Positions 48,545-58,453 of a DNA stretch of 64,000 nucleotides are shown piece by piece. The first letter of the stretch is position 1. Each line of letters opens with the position of its first letter. The position numbers were made by a program, and so were the translations under genes. Origin of the DNA: Candidatus Parvarchaeum sp. (GTDB lineage Archaea; Nanobdellota; Nanobdellia; Pacearchaeales; GW2011-AR1). Location: positions 2,046 to 66,045 of the forward strand of contig DYFY01000001.1 of the NCBI GenBank assembly GCA_020724955.1. The letters are read 5' to 3'. The notes beneath the pieces were generated by a model. That model worked only from the letters and a program-made list of their open reading frames with translations, was not told the DNA's origin and ran no database searches.

Positions 48545-49105
48545 CTAATATTCAATTCCTTTTCTGGCTATGAAACCTGCGTCGTAGGGATGTTTGTGTT
48601 TTTTTATTTCTGTAACTAAATCAGCCTTTTCAAAAATTCTTGGGTATGGGACATGCGAGCCTGTCAGGATTAGTTCTTTATTTTTTGGCTTGTTTTCTAT
48701 CAGATTTATGATTTCCTCTTCTGTTAAAAGTCCAAGCTGGACTGCATAAAGTATTTCATCTGCAATTATTATGTCGTAATTTGTGTTTTTTAACGATGCC
48801 TTAACATAGTCAAGAGCTTCTTTTGCTGCCTTGATTTGATTTTCGGTTGGCTTTTTTATGACCCAGCCGTCTGTGCCGAAGCGCTTATATGAAAAATTTT
48901 GAAATTTTGAAAGAGATTTTATCTCTCCTGGAATCTGTTCTTCCAAAGAATCGGCTCCATTTTTCATAAACTGAACCAGATGGACAGAGTAGCCGTTTCC
49001 GCAGGCTCTTAGCGCGGTGCCAAAAGAGCTTGTGCTTTTTCCCTTTCCGTTTCCCCAAAAAACCTGCACAAATCCGAGACCTGCTTTTTTTAGCTCTTTC
49101 ATCAC
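48545..49105 (-). CDS. cobO: cob(I)alamin adenosyltransferase (CobO/BtuR type)
   Basis: GNGKGKST, VQFMK, DEI, ELILTG, ADLVTE..KHPY..ARKGIEY. Confidence 0.93.
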   Translation of the reverse strand: MMKELKKAGLGFVQVFWGNGKGKSTSSFGTALRACGNGYSVHLVQFMKNGADSLEEQIPGEIKSLSKFQNFSYKRFGTDGWVIKKPTENQIKAAKEALDYVKASLKNTNYDIIIADEILYAVQLGLLTEEEIINLIENKPKNKELILTGSHVPYPRIFEKADLVTEIKKHKHPYDAGFIARKGIEY

Positions 49106-49168
49106 TTTTCCTATTTGGAAAGGTATTTATTGATTGTTGTTGTTTGTTATAAAACTTTTGCGTTAAAA

Positions 49169-49456
49169 ATGAAAGAAAAAGAGGCTATTAGCAAGCTTAA
49201 GGGAGAAGGTTTCAGGGATGTTTATGTCTGGGAGGATTCAGCCGGAGCTTATTATCCTCCGCATTCGCACGAGGCTGTGAGCGGAATTGTTTTATCCGGA
49301 GAGATTAAGATAACTGCTTCCGGAAAAAGCAGAGTTTTTGGAAAGGGAGAAAGATTTGATGTAAAATCTGGAGAAGTTCATAGCGCTAAAGTTGGAAAGT
49401 GCGGATGTAAATATATTGTCGCCGAAAACAAAGAAAAAAATAAAGAAATAAAATAA
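49169..49456 (+). CDS. cupin-domain protein
   Basis: YPPHSH..VLSGEI..GEVHSAKVG. Confidence 0.85.
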   Translation: MKEKEAISKLKGEGFRDVYVWEDSAGAYYPPHSHEAVSGIVLSGEIKITASGKSRVFGKGERFDVKSGEVHSAKVGKCGCKYIVAENKEKNKEIK

Positions 49457-49460
49457 AAAA

Positions 49461-50201
49461 TTAAAGCTTTGAATCAATAACTTGTTTGAAATTGACAAAT
49501 GGCTGTGCTCCACTAATGGAAACTGCCGCTCCTGATTTTCCTAGGTCTTTTTTGGCAACTACAAAAAACCCAGGGGTGCCTTGAATTCCGAGAGAGCTTC
49601 CTTCCTGCAAGTCAGAACTTACCTTTGAAGCATATTTTCCTGAATCAAGACAGCTGTTGAATTTTGCAGTGTCAAGCCCAAGCTGTGAAGCATATGATTT
49701 ATATGTTGCAGAGCCCCCTGCAACTCCAAGCTCAAAGAGCATATCGTGCATTTCAACGAACTTTCCCTGCTCTCCTGCGCATTCTGCAGCTTCAGCTGCT
49801 TTTTGGGCGTTAGGATGTATGCTGTTTAATGGGAAGTGTCTGTATATGACAGCAACTTCTTCATCTGAATAAGAGCTTTTTATTCCTGCTATTGCGTCAG
49901 TATATGCTCTCGCACAAAATGGACATTCAAAGTCGGAATACTCTATTACAAAAACATTTGAACTCGGGCTCCCTTTCAAAAAGTGGTCTTCGCTTTCAAT
50001 GTCAACTTTTGCACTTGCAGTTGGCGCAGGCAAATTATTCGCTCCCTGATTAGCCACCGCGTTTCCTGTAACATCTTTTCCTGGAAGAACAAAGAATATT
50101 GCTCCCAAAACAAGAACGCCAATTAAGGCAAACGTGGAGTATTTCCATAAACTGTCTTTTCTTATTGTTATTGTATCGTTTTTTTGTTTTTCTTCACTCA
50201 T
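49461..50201 (-). CDS. DsbA-family thiol-disulfide oxidoreductase
   Basis: EYSDFECPFC, RHFPL, GIQGTPGFF, GAQPF; N-terminal TM. Confidence 0.94.
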   Translation of the reverse strand: MSEEKQKNDTITIRKDSLWKYSTFALIGVLVLGAIFFVLPGKDVTGNAVANQGANNLPAPTASAKVDIESEDHFLKGSPSSNVFVIEYSDFECPFCARAYTDAIAGIKSSYSDEEVAVIYRHFPLNSIHPNAQKAAEAAECAGEQGKFVEMHDMLFELGVAGGSATYKSYASQLGLDTAKFNSCLDSGKYASKVSSDLQEGSSLGIQGTPGFFVVAKKDLGKSGAAVSISGAQPFVNFKQVIDSKL

Positions 50202-50214
50202 TTTAACCCTCCTT

Positions 50215-50763
50215 TCATCTGTTTTTAAGTTTGATTTGGCAAGATTTGCACACTAATAAACCTTTTGATGTCTTTTGAACAGCAAATGCCAGAATTATTA
50301 TCGCTAACAGGGAAATTTCAAGCCCTCCAAAAGGCATTGCAGATATAAATCCTGCCCCTATTCCCAAGACTGCCAAGACTCCGATTCCGCACGCTGCACA
50401 CGATGGAGTTGCGATTCCCAGGAAAATTCCCAGAGCTGTCAGAGTTCTGCTGGATTTGGACTTTGCTCTTGATGAAATTTTGAATGCGGTTAAAGAAAGC
50501 AGTATTCCAAGCAGGAAACTTATAATGATTAAAGAGGCAAAACCAGAGGATTTTATTGTGCTGTGAAATCCAAGAGTCATGCTGTAGAAAAGATTTGCTG
50601 TCTGAAAAAATCCCTTTTCCTGAAGGAAAGCTGAAAGAGCTCTAAAATTTTTTATTAGGACGTTAAGCATAAAAAAAGCGATGGCGATGGCGAAAACCGA
50701 GACAACGTATTTTGGCTTTGAATAGACGGTCTTCCAGACAAAAAAATAATTTTTCAGCTTCAT
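50215..50763 (-). CDS. membrane protein with CxxC motifs (possible DsbA redox partner)
   Basis: TM helices, PSCAACG, C-terminal CKSC. Confidence 0.7.
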   Translation of the reverse strand: MKLKNYFFVWKTVYSKPKYVVSVFAIAIAFFMLNVLIKNFRALSAFLQEKGFFQTANLFYSMTLGFHSTIKSSGFASLIIISFLLGILLSLTAFKISSRAKSKSSRTLTALGIFLGIATPSCAACGIGVLAVLGIGAGFISAMPFGGLEISLLAIIILAFAVQKTSKGLLVCKSCQIKLKNR

Positions 50764-50966
50764 TTCCTCATTCCTTTTATTATAAGCAATATCGCAATTA
50801 AAACATAGATTGCCAGTATAAAAGGGTTGTGAAAGATTATTATTCCAAGCAGGGAGTCAAAGGTAAGGTAATTTCTGCCGGAGTCTAAAGGTATTTTTAT
50901 GAAATAAGAAACCGCAAGAAAAACCGCGAAGCCAATTCCAGAATAAAAAATAACTTGTTTTTTCAT
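50760..50966 (-). CDS. small 2-TM protein
   Basis: ATGA overlap with downstream gene. Confidence 0.65.
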   Translation of the reverse strand: MKKQVIFYSGIGFAVFLAVSYFIKIPLDSGRNYLTFDSLLGIIIFHNPFILAIYVLIAILLIIKGMRK

Positions 50967-51007
50967 AATTCTGTAAAGTTTATATAGATATAAAACCTTT
51001 TCCCAAC

Positions 51008-51955
51008 ATGAACGCTTTTGGTGTTGTCATGCTAATGGTTTTCCTTGTTGTAGTCGGGGGGCTTGGTTATTTTTTTTACCAAAATCTTCCCGGAGAGCCT
51101 GTTGATTTAGTTGTGGATGAACCTTCAGCGACGTTGCAGGACAAGGTTTCTTATTCTACAAGCTCCCAGTTTTACAAAAACATGAGATTTCCGGATAACA
51201 CAATAAGCTACGCTATTGAGGAGATTTGCGGAAACAAAAAAAGGGAGCAGTTTCAGGAAGCATTAAGGATTCTAAAGGAAGAGACAGTGCTTGAATTTTA
51301 TGAAGATTCTGTTGAGCCGGAGATAATTGTTACCTGCTCTGACCTCATGCCTGAGCCGGAAAACAAAGGATATTTTATCGCGGGAGAAGGCGGACCATCT
51401 GAAATAATAAACACCTCTTTATATGCAGTGATATTGCAGGGCAAAATTTCTCTTTTTAGGGAGGAAAAATGTGAAAAACCCAATATAGCTCTGCATGAGA
51501 TGCTGCACGTTCTTGGATTTGATCATAATGACAATCCTGACAGCATTCTTTTTCCCACTCTTGATTGCGAACAGCAGATTGACAGATATTTGATTGATGA
51601 CATCAACAACCTTTATTCTGTGACGGGAAAACCTGATTTAAAAATTTCAGAGATAAAAGCCACTAAATCAGGAGCTTATCTGAATTTTGAGATAAAGGTG
51701 GTTAATCAGGGGCTTAAAAATGCCGAATCTGTGGAGCTGGCAGTTTATGCTGACGGGGAGCTTGTGATTCACAACAGCGGGAAAAAGTTCTTTGACCTTG
51801 GGAACATAGCAGTAGGCTCTACAAAAATATTGAACGTTGAAAACCTGAAAATCGGGCGTGGAGCTGAGGAAATCGGATTTACAGCCGACCCGAACAATAA
51901 TGTGGATGAGCTGTTTGAAAATAATAATGAAGTTGAGCTTGTTCTTGGGGAGTAG
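51008..51955 (+). CDS. matrixin-like metzincin protease with C-terminal CARDB domain
   Basis: HEMLHVLGFDH..SILFP; PDLKI..NQG..DPNNNVDELFENNN. Confidence 0.88.
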   Translation: MNAFGVVMLMVFLVVVGGLGYFFYQNLPGEPVDLVVDEPSATLQDKVSYSTSSQFYKNMRFPDNTISYAIEEICGNKKREQFQEALRILKEETVLEFYEDSVEPEIIVTCSDLMPEPENKGYFIAGEGGPSEIINTSLYAVILQGKISLFREEKCEKPNIALHEMLHVLGFDHNDNPDSILFPTLDCEQQIDRYLIDDINNLYSVTGKPDLKISEIKATKSGAYLNFEIKVVNQGLKNAESVELAVYADGELVIHNSGKKFFDLGNIAVGSTKILNVENLKIGRGAEEIGFTADPNNNVDELFENNNEVELVLGE

Positions 51956-51999
51956 TTCAGTGCAATAATGTTTATAATGCTTTTAGTCTGGAAAGAAAA

Positions 52000-53028
52000 A
52001 TGGAAGGGTCTGTTAAACACTTGGAGTCTTTGATTAAAGAGTTTGAAAGTATGTACGTCGCGGTCGTTGGAGATCCTATTCTAGATAAGGTTGTTGATGG
52101 AAAAGTCAGAGGGCATATTCCTGCTCATAGAGACATACAGGATTTAAGTGTGGACTTTAAAAGTGAGAGGTATTTCCCTGGTGGAGCAGCTAATACTGCC
52201 AAAGGTGTTTTTTACTTAGGAGCCAGGCCTACTCTTTATGGGCCAGTTGGGAGTGGTTTTAATGGGGAAGAGTTAAGACGCAAAATGCATGGGATTGGTA
52301 AATTTGATTATGTTTTGTTTGGTCCTGGAAGAGAAACCATTATGAAAGAAACAATAAGAAGTCAGGGAAATCCTGTTGTTCGGCTTAGTCATGGAGATGT
52401 TAGTGATAGTTTGCCGAGACCTTATGGCTTGTCCAGAGAGCAAGCAAGGTCTATTGTAGAATCTATTAGCAGATCTGAAAGTGATTTGCATGTGTTAATG
52501 TTTTCTGATTACGACAAAGGAACTCTTGATGAATATTTGAGCGAAAACTTGATTAAATTGGCCAGAAATAGAGGAGCTTTTGTTTCGGCTTCTCCTAAGC
52601 CAGAGAATCTACGTTTGTTTGCAGGGACAGATCTTATTGTTTTAAACAGAGAAGAATCTGAGAGATTTTGCACAATGATGGGTTATGGCCCTCTTAGTTT
52701 TGCCGACAGAGCTAAACTGATCAGAGATGAATTTAATGTTGAAAATGTAGTTATTACGCTTGGAGAAGAGGGTATGTTGGCTTACAATGGCAGAAATCAT
52801 ATTATTCCCTCTTTTGTGAAAGAAGCGGTAGATACAACCGGCGCGGGAGATATGGCCTTCGCAGCTTTATCTCTTGCTCTTGCGAGAGGCGCCGATATTA
52901 AGGTTGCTTGTCATCTGGCTAATTGCTATGCTGGATTGGCTTGCGAAAAGCCGGACACTTACGTGCCTGGAAGAAATGAGTTGATTGAAAGGGTTAAGGG
53001 CGAGATTGACCAATTAGTGGCCCGATGA
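52000..53028 (+). CDS. PfkB-family kinase (RfaE/HldE heptose-phosphate kinase-like)
   Basis: VVGDPILD, PGGAANTA, SDYDKG, VITLGEEG, DTTGAGD. Confidence 0.85.
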   Translation: MEGSVKHLESLIKEFESMYVAVVGDPILDKVVDGKVRGHIPAHRDIQDLSVDFKSERYFPGGAANTAKGVFYLGARPTLYGPVGSGFNGEELRRKMHGIGKFDYVLFGPGRETIMKETIRSQGNPVVRLSHGDVSDSLPRPYGLSREQARSIVESISRSESDLHVLMFSDYDKGTLDEYLSENLIKLARNRGAFVSASPKPENLRLFAGTDLIVLNREESERFCTMMGYGPLSFADRAKLIRDEFNVENVVITLGEEGMLAYNGRNHIIPSFVKEAVDTTGAGDMAFAALSLALARGADIKVACHLANCYAGLACEKPDTYVPGRNELIERVKGEIDQLVAR

Positions 53029-53036
53029 ATTTGTTA

Positions 53037-53199
53037 TCCCCTCGCCAAGAGTCGAACTTGGGTAACCCGGGTTCTGCTTTTTCTACTTTTCCTGCGAAAA
53101 GATTCTGAAAGCGTTTCATTCTTGTCCATTAAATCTTATGGAATGTCCACGCCTGACTTTTGTCTACAGCCGGATGCTCTGCCGTTGAGCTACGAGGGG
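53037..53199 (-). tRNA. tRNA-Tyr(GTA) with 92-nt intron (53072-53163)
   Basis: C1-G72 acceptor CCCCTCG/CGAGGGG, TCCGG-CT-GTA-G|..|C-CCGGG, CUGU:GCAG helix with AAC bulge. Confidence 0.92.
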
Positions 53200-53295
53200 C
53201 TGGTTATTTCTAGTTTAAGGGCTTTTAAAATATTTGGTTTGCTTCTTTGAAAATTAAACAAAGGTTTAAAAGCAAAGTTTCAGAATGATTGCTCC

Positions 53296-53922
53296 ATGAC
53301 AAATTTTTCAGACGGAGAAGAAAATAGCTTTGGGAGCAATCCAGAAGAGGACCCTATTTTTCTTGCAGAAAAAAGATATAAGGGTGTTGCTGATTCAGTC
53401 GCTTCTCTGGGAAAATACTTTTTAGGGGATTCTGAAGAGATTGGATTTTTTAGACGTTATCTGGATAAATCTGCTGAAGTTATGAGCAGAGAACTTTCTT
53501 CAGAACAGCCAGCTCTTGTTCACTTTGTTGAGCAGTCCAGAAGAACAATTCCCAGAAATGTTGAAATAATTGCAGAGATATGCCACTCAGTTATAGATGT
53601 TAATTTTGATAAGCTTGTTGATGAGAGAGTTAAGAATTCTGATTTTCTCCACTATGCTTCTCCTGAGATATATGGGTCTCACTTGGACTCTTTTAGAAGA
53701 GCGAAAATATCTGGTTTGTTGTCAACTTGTTTTAGAAATGGGGTTGAAGTCCTGGACTGCCTAAATGATACTCTCTATGCTTTTTCTGTGGCTTTAAAAT
53801 CTTCTCAAGAGCCGTATCCAGCAGGGGTTAAAGCCTTAGAAGCTTATGTTGCTGAGGCAAGAGATTTTCTCAGTGAGGCTATGACGGATTTGAGGAAAAA
53901 TCTAATGATTGCCAGAATTTAA
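53296..53922 (+). CDS. hypothetical protein
   Basis: 208-aa ORF, TATA box upstream. Confidence 0.65.
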   Translation: MTNFSDGEENSFGSNPEEDPIFLAEKRYKGVADSVASLGKYFLGDSEEIGFFRRYLDKSAEVMSRELSSEQPALVHFVEQSRRTIPRNVEIIAEICHSVIDVNFDKLVDERVKNSDFLHYASPEIYGSHLDSFRRAKISGLLSTCFRNGVEVLDCLNDTLYAFSVALKSSQEPYPAGVKALEAYVAEARDFLSEAMTDLRKNLMIARI

Positions 53923-55301
53923 TCTGCTTCTCTCGCCGAGGTCTCCGCTGCAAAATATGCTTTGTTTGATGTAACTTTCAGGGTTTTTCCGTCTTTTTCA
54001 TAGATAGCTGTTGCCTGCGGGATTTCAAAACGCCCCACTATTTTTATTTTTGAATATATTATGTATGTGAATGAGCGCTCTTCTCCTGCATTAAGGGAGT
54101 TGATGTTCCAGAAAATTCTTCTGGTGTTTGCGTCAACTTTGTCGGGCTTGACAGGGAATTTTTCGTAGACTTTTGCTATTGCCGGGACTTTATCTATCAG
54201 CTGGATTTTGTCCACGTGGCGCTTCGCTTTTACATTTATCCTTACTCTAAGAGCCAGTTCATTGCCTTTGGTTTTTACGAAAGAAATTTTCTTTGTCACG
54301 ACAAGTGAAGTTTCAAGGAATATTTTTACAGATAAAACCAGGAGAACTACAAGAACAGCCAGAATAAAAGGAAATGTATAGTTGGTTTTCTCGATTACGA
54401 TAAGGGACTCATTCGGCTTCAGCTCTTTGCTCCATCTATATTCGGCAAAAAATCCGCTTTTTGCAGAATAATCAGGCTTTAAATTATATGTTGTAAAAAG
54501 CCTTGTCAGGATATCTTTCTTTTTTTCAATCTCAGCGGTTATTTCAGTATTTCCAACATTTGTTTTTTTGAGTGTTGTTTCTCTGACTAAAAACCCAGAG
54601 GAATCCTCTGAAACAGCAAGCCCTTCCTTTTCCAGATAATTGAAGCCTGTTTTTTTCTCTGCGCTTTTACCAGAATATGAAATCAGAATATCAGCTTCAT
54701 AATTTCCTGCCACAAGTTTTTTTGATTTTTCAGGATTTATCCCGGCTTTTATTGTAAGCATTTCCTTTTGCGCAAGATTTATTTCATCCTCTAGCTCGAA
54801 AAAAGGAGATTCTATTTTGACAGACAAATCTTCAAGAGCTATTTTCTCCAGGTTTATGATTTTTATTTCTGCTTCACTATCTCCAGGGTTTATGTCCTTG
54901 ATATTTATATCCAAGAGGTCGGCAAGTTCAATTATTTTGACCTGGATTTTTCCTTCTGTCCCTTTGTTTTTCTGGCTGTATATTTCATAAGAGATGAGAA
55001 ACTCTCCTCGGGTTTTTTTCAGAGTTTCATCTGAAAATACTCCTTCAACATCAATTTTTTTTGTTTCACCTGAATTAATTGTGAATTTATTTGGAGAGAA
55101 GCTAATCCCTGCAAAACTGAATATCTCAAACTCGTCTGTGTCTCCTGTGTTTTTTATTGAGAAGCTGTATTTTATCGGATTGTTGAGCTCCGCTATCACC
55201 ACTGAATTTATCTCTTCTGATTTTATATCAAGAGCCTGCGCCATGCCTGCGGGCAAAAAAATGAAAGAGCATAAAAGCAGCAAAATCAAGATTTTTTCCA
55301 T
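53919..55301 (-). CDS. secreted/membrane protein with Ig-like domains
   Basis: Signal peptide, beta-rich repeats, internal TM, DUF11-like C-terminal domain. Confidence 0.78.
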   Translation of the reverse strand: MEKILILLLLCSFIFLPAGMAQALDIKSEEINSVVIAELNNPIKYSFSIKNTGDTDEFEIFSFAGISFSPNKFTINSGETKKIDVEGVFSDETLKKTRGEFLISYEIYSQKNKGTEGKIQVKIIELADLLDINIKDINPGDSEAEIKIINLEKIALEDLSVKIESPFFELEDEINLAQKEMLTIKAGINPEKSKKLVAGNYEADILISYSGKSAEKKTGFNYLEKEGLAVSEDSSGFLVRETTLKKTNVGNTEITAEIEKKKDILTRLFTTYNLKPDYSAKSGFFAEYRWSKELKPNESLIVIEKTNYTFPFILAVLVVLLVLSVKIFLETSLVVTKKISFVKTKGNELALRVRINVKAKRHVDKIQLIDKVPAIAKVYEKFPVKPDKVDANTRRIFWNINSLNAGEERSFTYIIYSKIKIVGRFEIPQATAIYEKDGKTLKVTSNKAYFAAETSAREAD

Positions 55302-55342
55302 GGCAGTTTCACATGGAATTTCTATATAAATATTGTGATGTT

Positions 55343-55858
55343 CTATGAGGGTCTTTTTTTTCCTACGAGCTCAAAATAAGCTTTCATTTCGTCTGTGAAT
55401 TTTTGAGTGATTTCTCTTACTAAGTCTTGTTTTTCTTCAATTCTTTGGGGGATTATGTATTTCTGATACAGCTCTTTAAAGAACTTATGAATTGGATTAG
55501 GCTCCCATTTGTTGGACCAGTCTTTTTCAAGGATGCCTTTCACAGTTATGCTTAACTCCGAAAATTTATTTGACTCTTTTTTCTGCCCGTCTATTTCTAT
55601 CTCAACTTCCTTCATTCCAAGCAGTTTCCAGGCAATTTCCAAGGTTATACGGAAATAATCTGATATTTTTACAGATGCGTTCCATTTTATTTCTATGTCT
55701 TTTGCTCCGCCGGCCTGTATTTTTTCAGAATAGAGTTTTTCCGTGACGTCGAATTCGTTTTCTCTCAGCCAGTCGTATGCAAAGATATATGCATCTTCTA
55801 GTTTTGCTATCCCTTTGTAAAAAATCTTCTCCTTCAATACGTTGTCTTTTTCCACCAT
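55343..55858 (-). CDS. hypothetical protein
   Basis: 171-aa ORF with typical composition and promoter. Confidence 0.75.
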   Translation of the reverse strand: MVEKDNVLKEKIFYKGIAKLEDAYIFAYDWLRENEFDVTEKLYSEKIQAGGAKDIEIKWNASVKISDYFRITLEIAWKLLGMKEVEIEIDGQKKESNKFSELSITVKGILEKDWSNKWEPNPIHKFFKELYQKYIIPQRIEEKQDLVREITQKFTDEMKAYFELVGKKRPS

Positions 55859-55905
55859 CTTTAACTCAGATATTTAAGAAGAGTTCTATTTAAAGGTTTT
55901 CAGAT

Positions 55906-56471
55906 TCAATACAGTTCATCGTAGCAGTCATGGCAGAGCCATCGCCCCTCAAACTTCATTAGGTCTGAAAGAGCTCCGCATTCCTCACATAGCCCATCGG
56001 ACAGCGAATCTTCCTCTGTTTTTGCCAGTTTCCTGAGTTTTTCGGCTTCTTCTCTTATGTCTGCAAGGTCTCCAAGCTGGTTGTACAGCAACGGGTCAAC
56101 CCTCAAAATATCTTTTAATGTAATCATTCCAACTAATTCATTCCTTGACAGGACGGGAAGCCTTCTGAATCCGTATTGCCTCATTTTCTGCAAAGCCTGA
56201 CTTATGTCTGCGGAAGGTTTAACCACTGCAACTTTTTTTGTGGCTATGTCTGTCACCTTCAGGTCTTTTAAGTCTTGGCTTGACTTCTTGATTATCGCCC
56301 AAAGGATGTCTCTTGCAGTTATTATTCCATAAAGCTTTTTTTCTTGGCTACTAAGACGCTGTTTACCCTTTCTTTTACCATTTCTTTTGCGCATTTATGC
56401 AGATTTGTGTCTGGAGTAACAGAAACAAAATTTCTTGTCATTATGTCTCCGACAGCTACTCTTCTTGCCAC
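55906..56471 (-). pseudogene. CBS-domain protein with C-terminal Zn ribbon, split by one frameshift
   Basis: GTG 56471 gives MARRVAVGDIMTRNFVSVTPDTNLHKCAKEMVKERVNSVLVA; shift at the A7 run (56336-56342) into KLYGIITARD..CEEC..CHDC. Confidence 0.8.
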
Positions 56472-56579
56472 GCTTAGAAAACTAAGTTTTTCTATATAAG
56501 GATTTATGTTCTTTAAGCCTCTTTTTATATGGTGCTGGAATGTAAAAATGTTTAAAAGAGTGGTTCTTGCAGAAATAGA

Positions 56580-58187
56580 ATGAGCGACAAACAGCCTGTT
56601 TATATTCTTCCTGAGGGTGTTTCCAGAACTGTCGGCAGAGACGCGCAGAGAAATAATATTCTGGCAGCCAGAGTGATTGCGGAAGTTGTTAAAACGACTC
56701 TTGGACCAAAAGGCATGGACAAAATGCTTGTTGATTCAGCAGGGAATATTGTGGTCACAAATGACGGAGTCACCATACTCAATGAGATGGAAATAGAGCA
56801 TCCTGCCGCAAAGTTAATTGCAGATATAGCCAAAACCCAGGAAGAAGAAGTCGGTGATGGAACTACAACTGTAGCTATGCTGGCAGGCCAGCTTCTTGAA
56901 AACGCTGAGAAGCTTTTGGACAGAAGGATACATCCCAGCGTGATAGTCCGGGGATACGGACTTGCTTCGGAAAAAGCATTAGCTATTCTCAAAGAGATAT
57001 CGTTTCAGGTTGAAGACAGGCGGGTGCTGAAGCAGATTGCGATGACTGCCATGACCGGAAAGGGCGCAGAGGGAAACAGGGAAAGATTTGCCGAGTTGAT
57101 TGTCAGCGCAGTTGACAGAATTGCTGACAAGAGAGCTGTCAATTTGGAAGACATAAAGATACAGAAAATTAAAGGAGAGAGTTTTGAAAACAGCGAGCTG
57201 GTTGATGGAGTTGTTTTTGAAAAAGAAATTGCTCATGATGGAATGCCGAGAAAGATAGAAGGAGCAAGAATAGCTTTGATTGATTTTGCTCTTGAGCTGA
57301 AAAGTCCGGAAGCTGAGACGAAAATATCAATATCCAGCCCAGAACAGCTTCAAGGTTTTATAGAGTCCGAGGAAAAGAACCTTAAAGCTCTCACAGATAA
57401 AATTATCTCTTCCGGAGCAAATGTTGTTTTCTGCCAGAAAGGGATTGATGATGTGGCTCAGTATTATCTTGCCAAGTCGGGGATTTTGGCATGCAGAAGG
57501 GTATCAAAATCAGATATGATTAAGATAGCAAGAGCCACTTCCGGGAAGATAGTTTCTAATGCGGCAGAATTGGATGCAGGAAGTTTTGGAACTGCTAAAA
57601 TAGTTGAAGAGATCAGGAGGGGCGATGACGGAATGATGTACATAAGAGGCTGTGAAAATCCGAAAGTTGTAACTCTTCTTATCAGGGGAAGCACCGAGCA
57701 TGTTTTGGATGAAGTTGAGCGTGCTATTAAAGACGGCCTTGGTGACGTTTCCGCTGCTTTGAGAGATGGAAGAGTTGTTTCTGGAGGAGGAGCTGTTGAA
57801 ATTGAGCTTGCCAAAAGGCTGAGAGAGTTCTCAAGAACTTTATCCGGCAGAGAGCAGCTTGCTGTGGAAGAATTTGCAAATTCCTTAGAGTGCATTCCTG
57901 AAGCTCTTGCTGAAAATGCCGGGCTTGACCCGATAAATGTGCTTACTGAACTAAAGAAGAGACATGAGTCTGGAATGGCAAGGGAAGGGCTGAACTTGTT
58001 TAATGACCAGATAGAAGACTGTTTTTCGGCAGGAATTGTTGAGCCGATGAAAGTGAAGAAACAGGCGATAATTTCTGCGACAGAAGTTGCAACAATGCTT
58101 TTGAGAATTGATGATGTTTTGATTTCTTCTGGAGCTGGAACCGGAAAACAGCTACAGAACCGGAATCCATATGAAGGAATGGATTGA
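56580..58187 (+). CDS. thsA: thermosome (group II chaperonin) subunit
   Basis: TTLGPKGMDKM, TNDGVTIL, GDGTTT, LLRIDDV. Confidence 0.98.
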   Translation: MSDKQPVYILPEGVSRTVGRDAQRNNILAARVIAEVVKTTLGPKGMDKMLVDSAGNIVVTNDGVTILNEMEIEHPAAKLIADIAKTQEEEVGDGTTTVAMLAGQLLENAEKLLDRRIHPSVIVRGYGLASEKALAILKEISFQVEDRRVLKQIAMTAMTGKGAEGNRERFAELIVSAVDRIADKRAVNLEDIKIQKIKGESFENSELVDGVVFEKEIAHDGMPRKIEGARIALIDFALELKSPEAETKISISSPEQLQGFIESEEKNLKALTDKIISSGANVVFCQKGIDDVAQYYLAKSGILACRRVSKSDMIKIARATSGKIVSNAAELDAGSFGTAKIVEEIRRGDDGMMYIRGCENPKVVTLLIRGSTEHVLDEVERAIKDGLGDVSAALRDGRVVSGGGAVEIELAKRLREFSRTLSGREQLAVEEFANSLECIPEALAENAGLDPINVLTELKKRHESGMAREGLNLFNDQIEDCFSAGIVEPMKVKKQAIISATEVATMLLRIDDVLISSGAGTGKQLQNRNPYEGMD

Positions 58188-58216
58188 CTAGATTAAATAC
58201 TGAACGAAAGATTTAA

Positions 58217-58238
58217 ATATATGCATGTATGCATATAT
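58217..58238. promoter_or_regulatory. palindromic TA operator ATATATGCAT-GT-ATGCATATAT
   Basis: 10-bp inverted repeat between TATA box and antitoxin ATG. Confidence 0.6.
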
Positions 58239-58240
58239 AC

Positions 58241-58453
58241 ATGACAAAAGTGATTTCCATATCTGATGAAGCTTATATGGCCCTGAAAAAGCTTAAAGCA
58301 GAAAAATCTTTTTCAGAAGTTATAATTGAGATAGTAAGCGAGAAAGCCAGAAAAGGCATAATGGATTTTGCAGGAACTCTTTCCAATAAGGAAGGAGCGG
58401 AAATGAAAAAGGCAATTTATTCTGAGAGAAAGCTTAAATCTAGGAGGTTTTAG
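58241..58453 (+). CDS. VapB-type antitoxin
   Basis: TKVISISDEAYMALKKLK..SFSEVI..IMDFAG. Confidence 0.9.
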   Translation: MTKVISISDEAYMALKKLKAEKSFSEVIIEIVSEKARKGIMDFAGTLSNKEGAEMKKAIYSERKLKSRRF

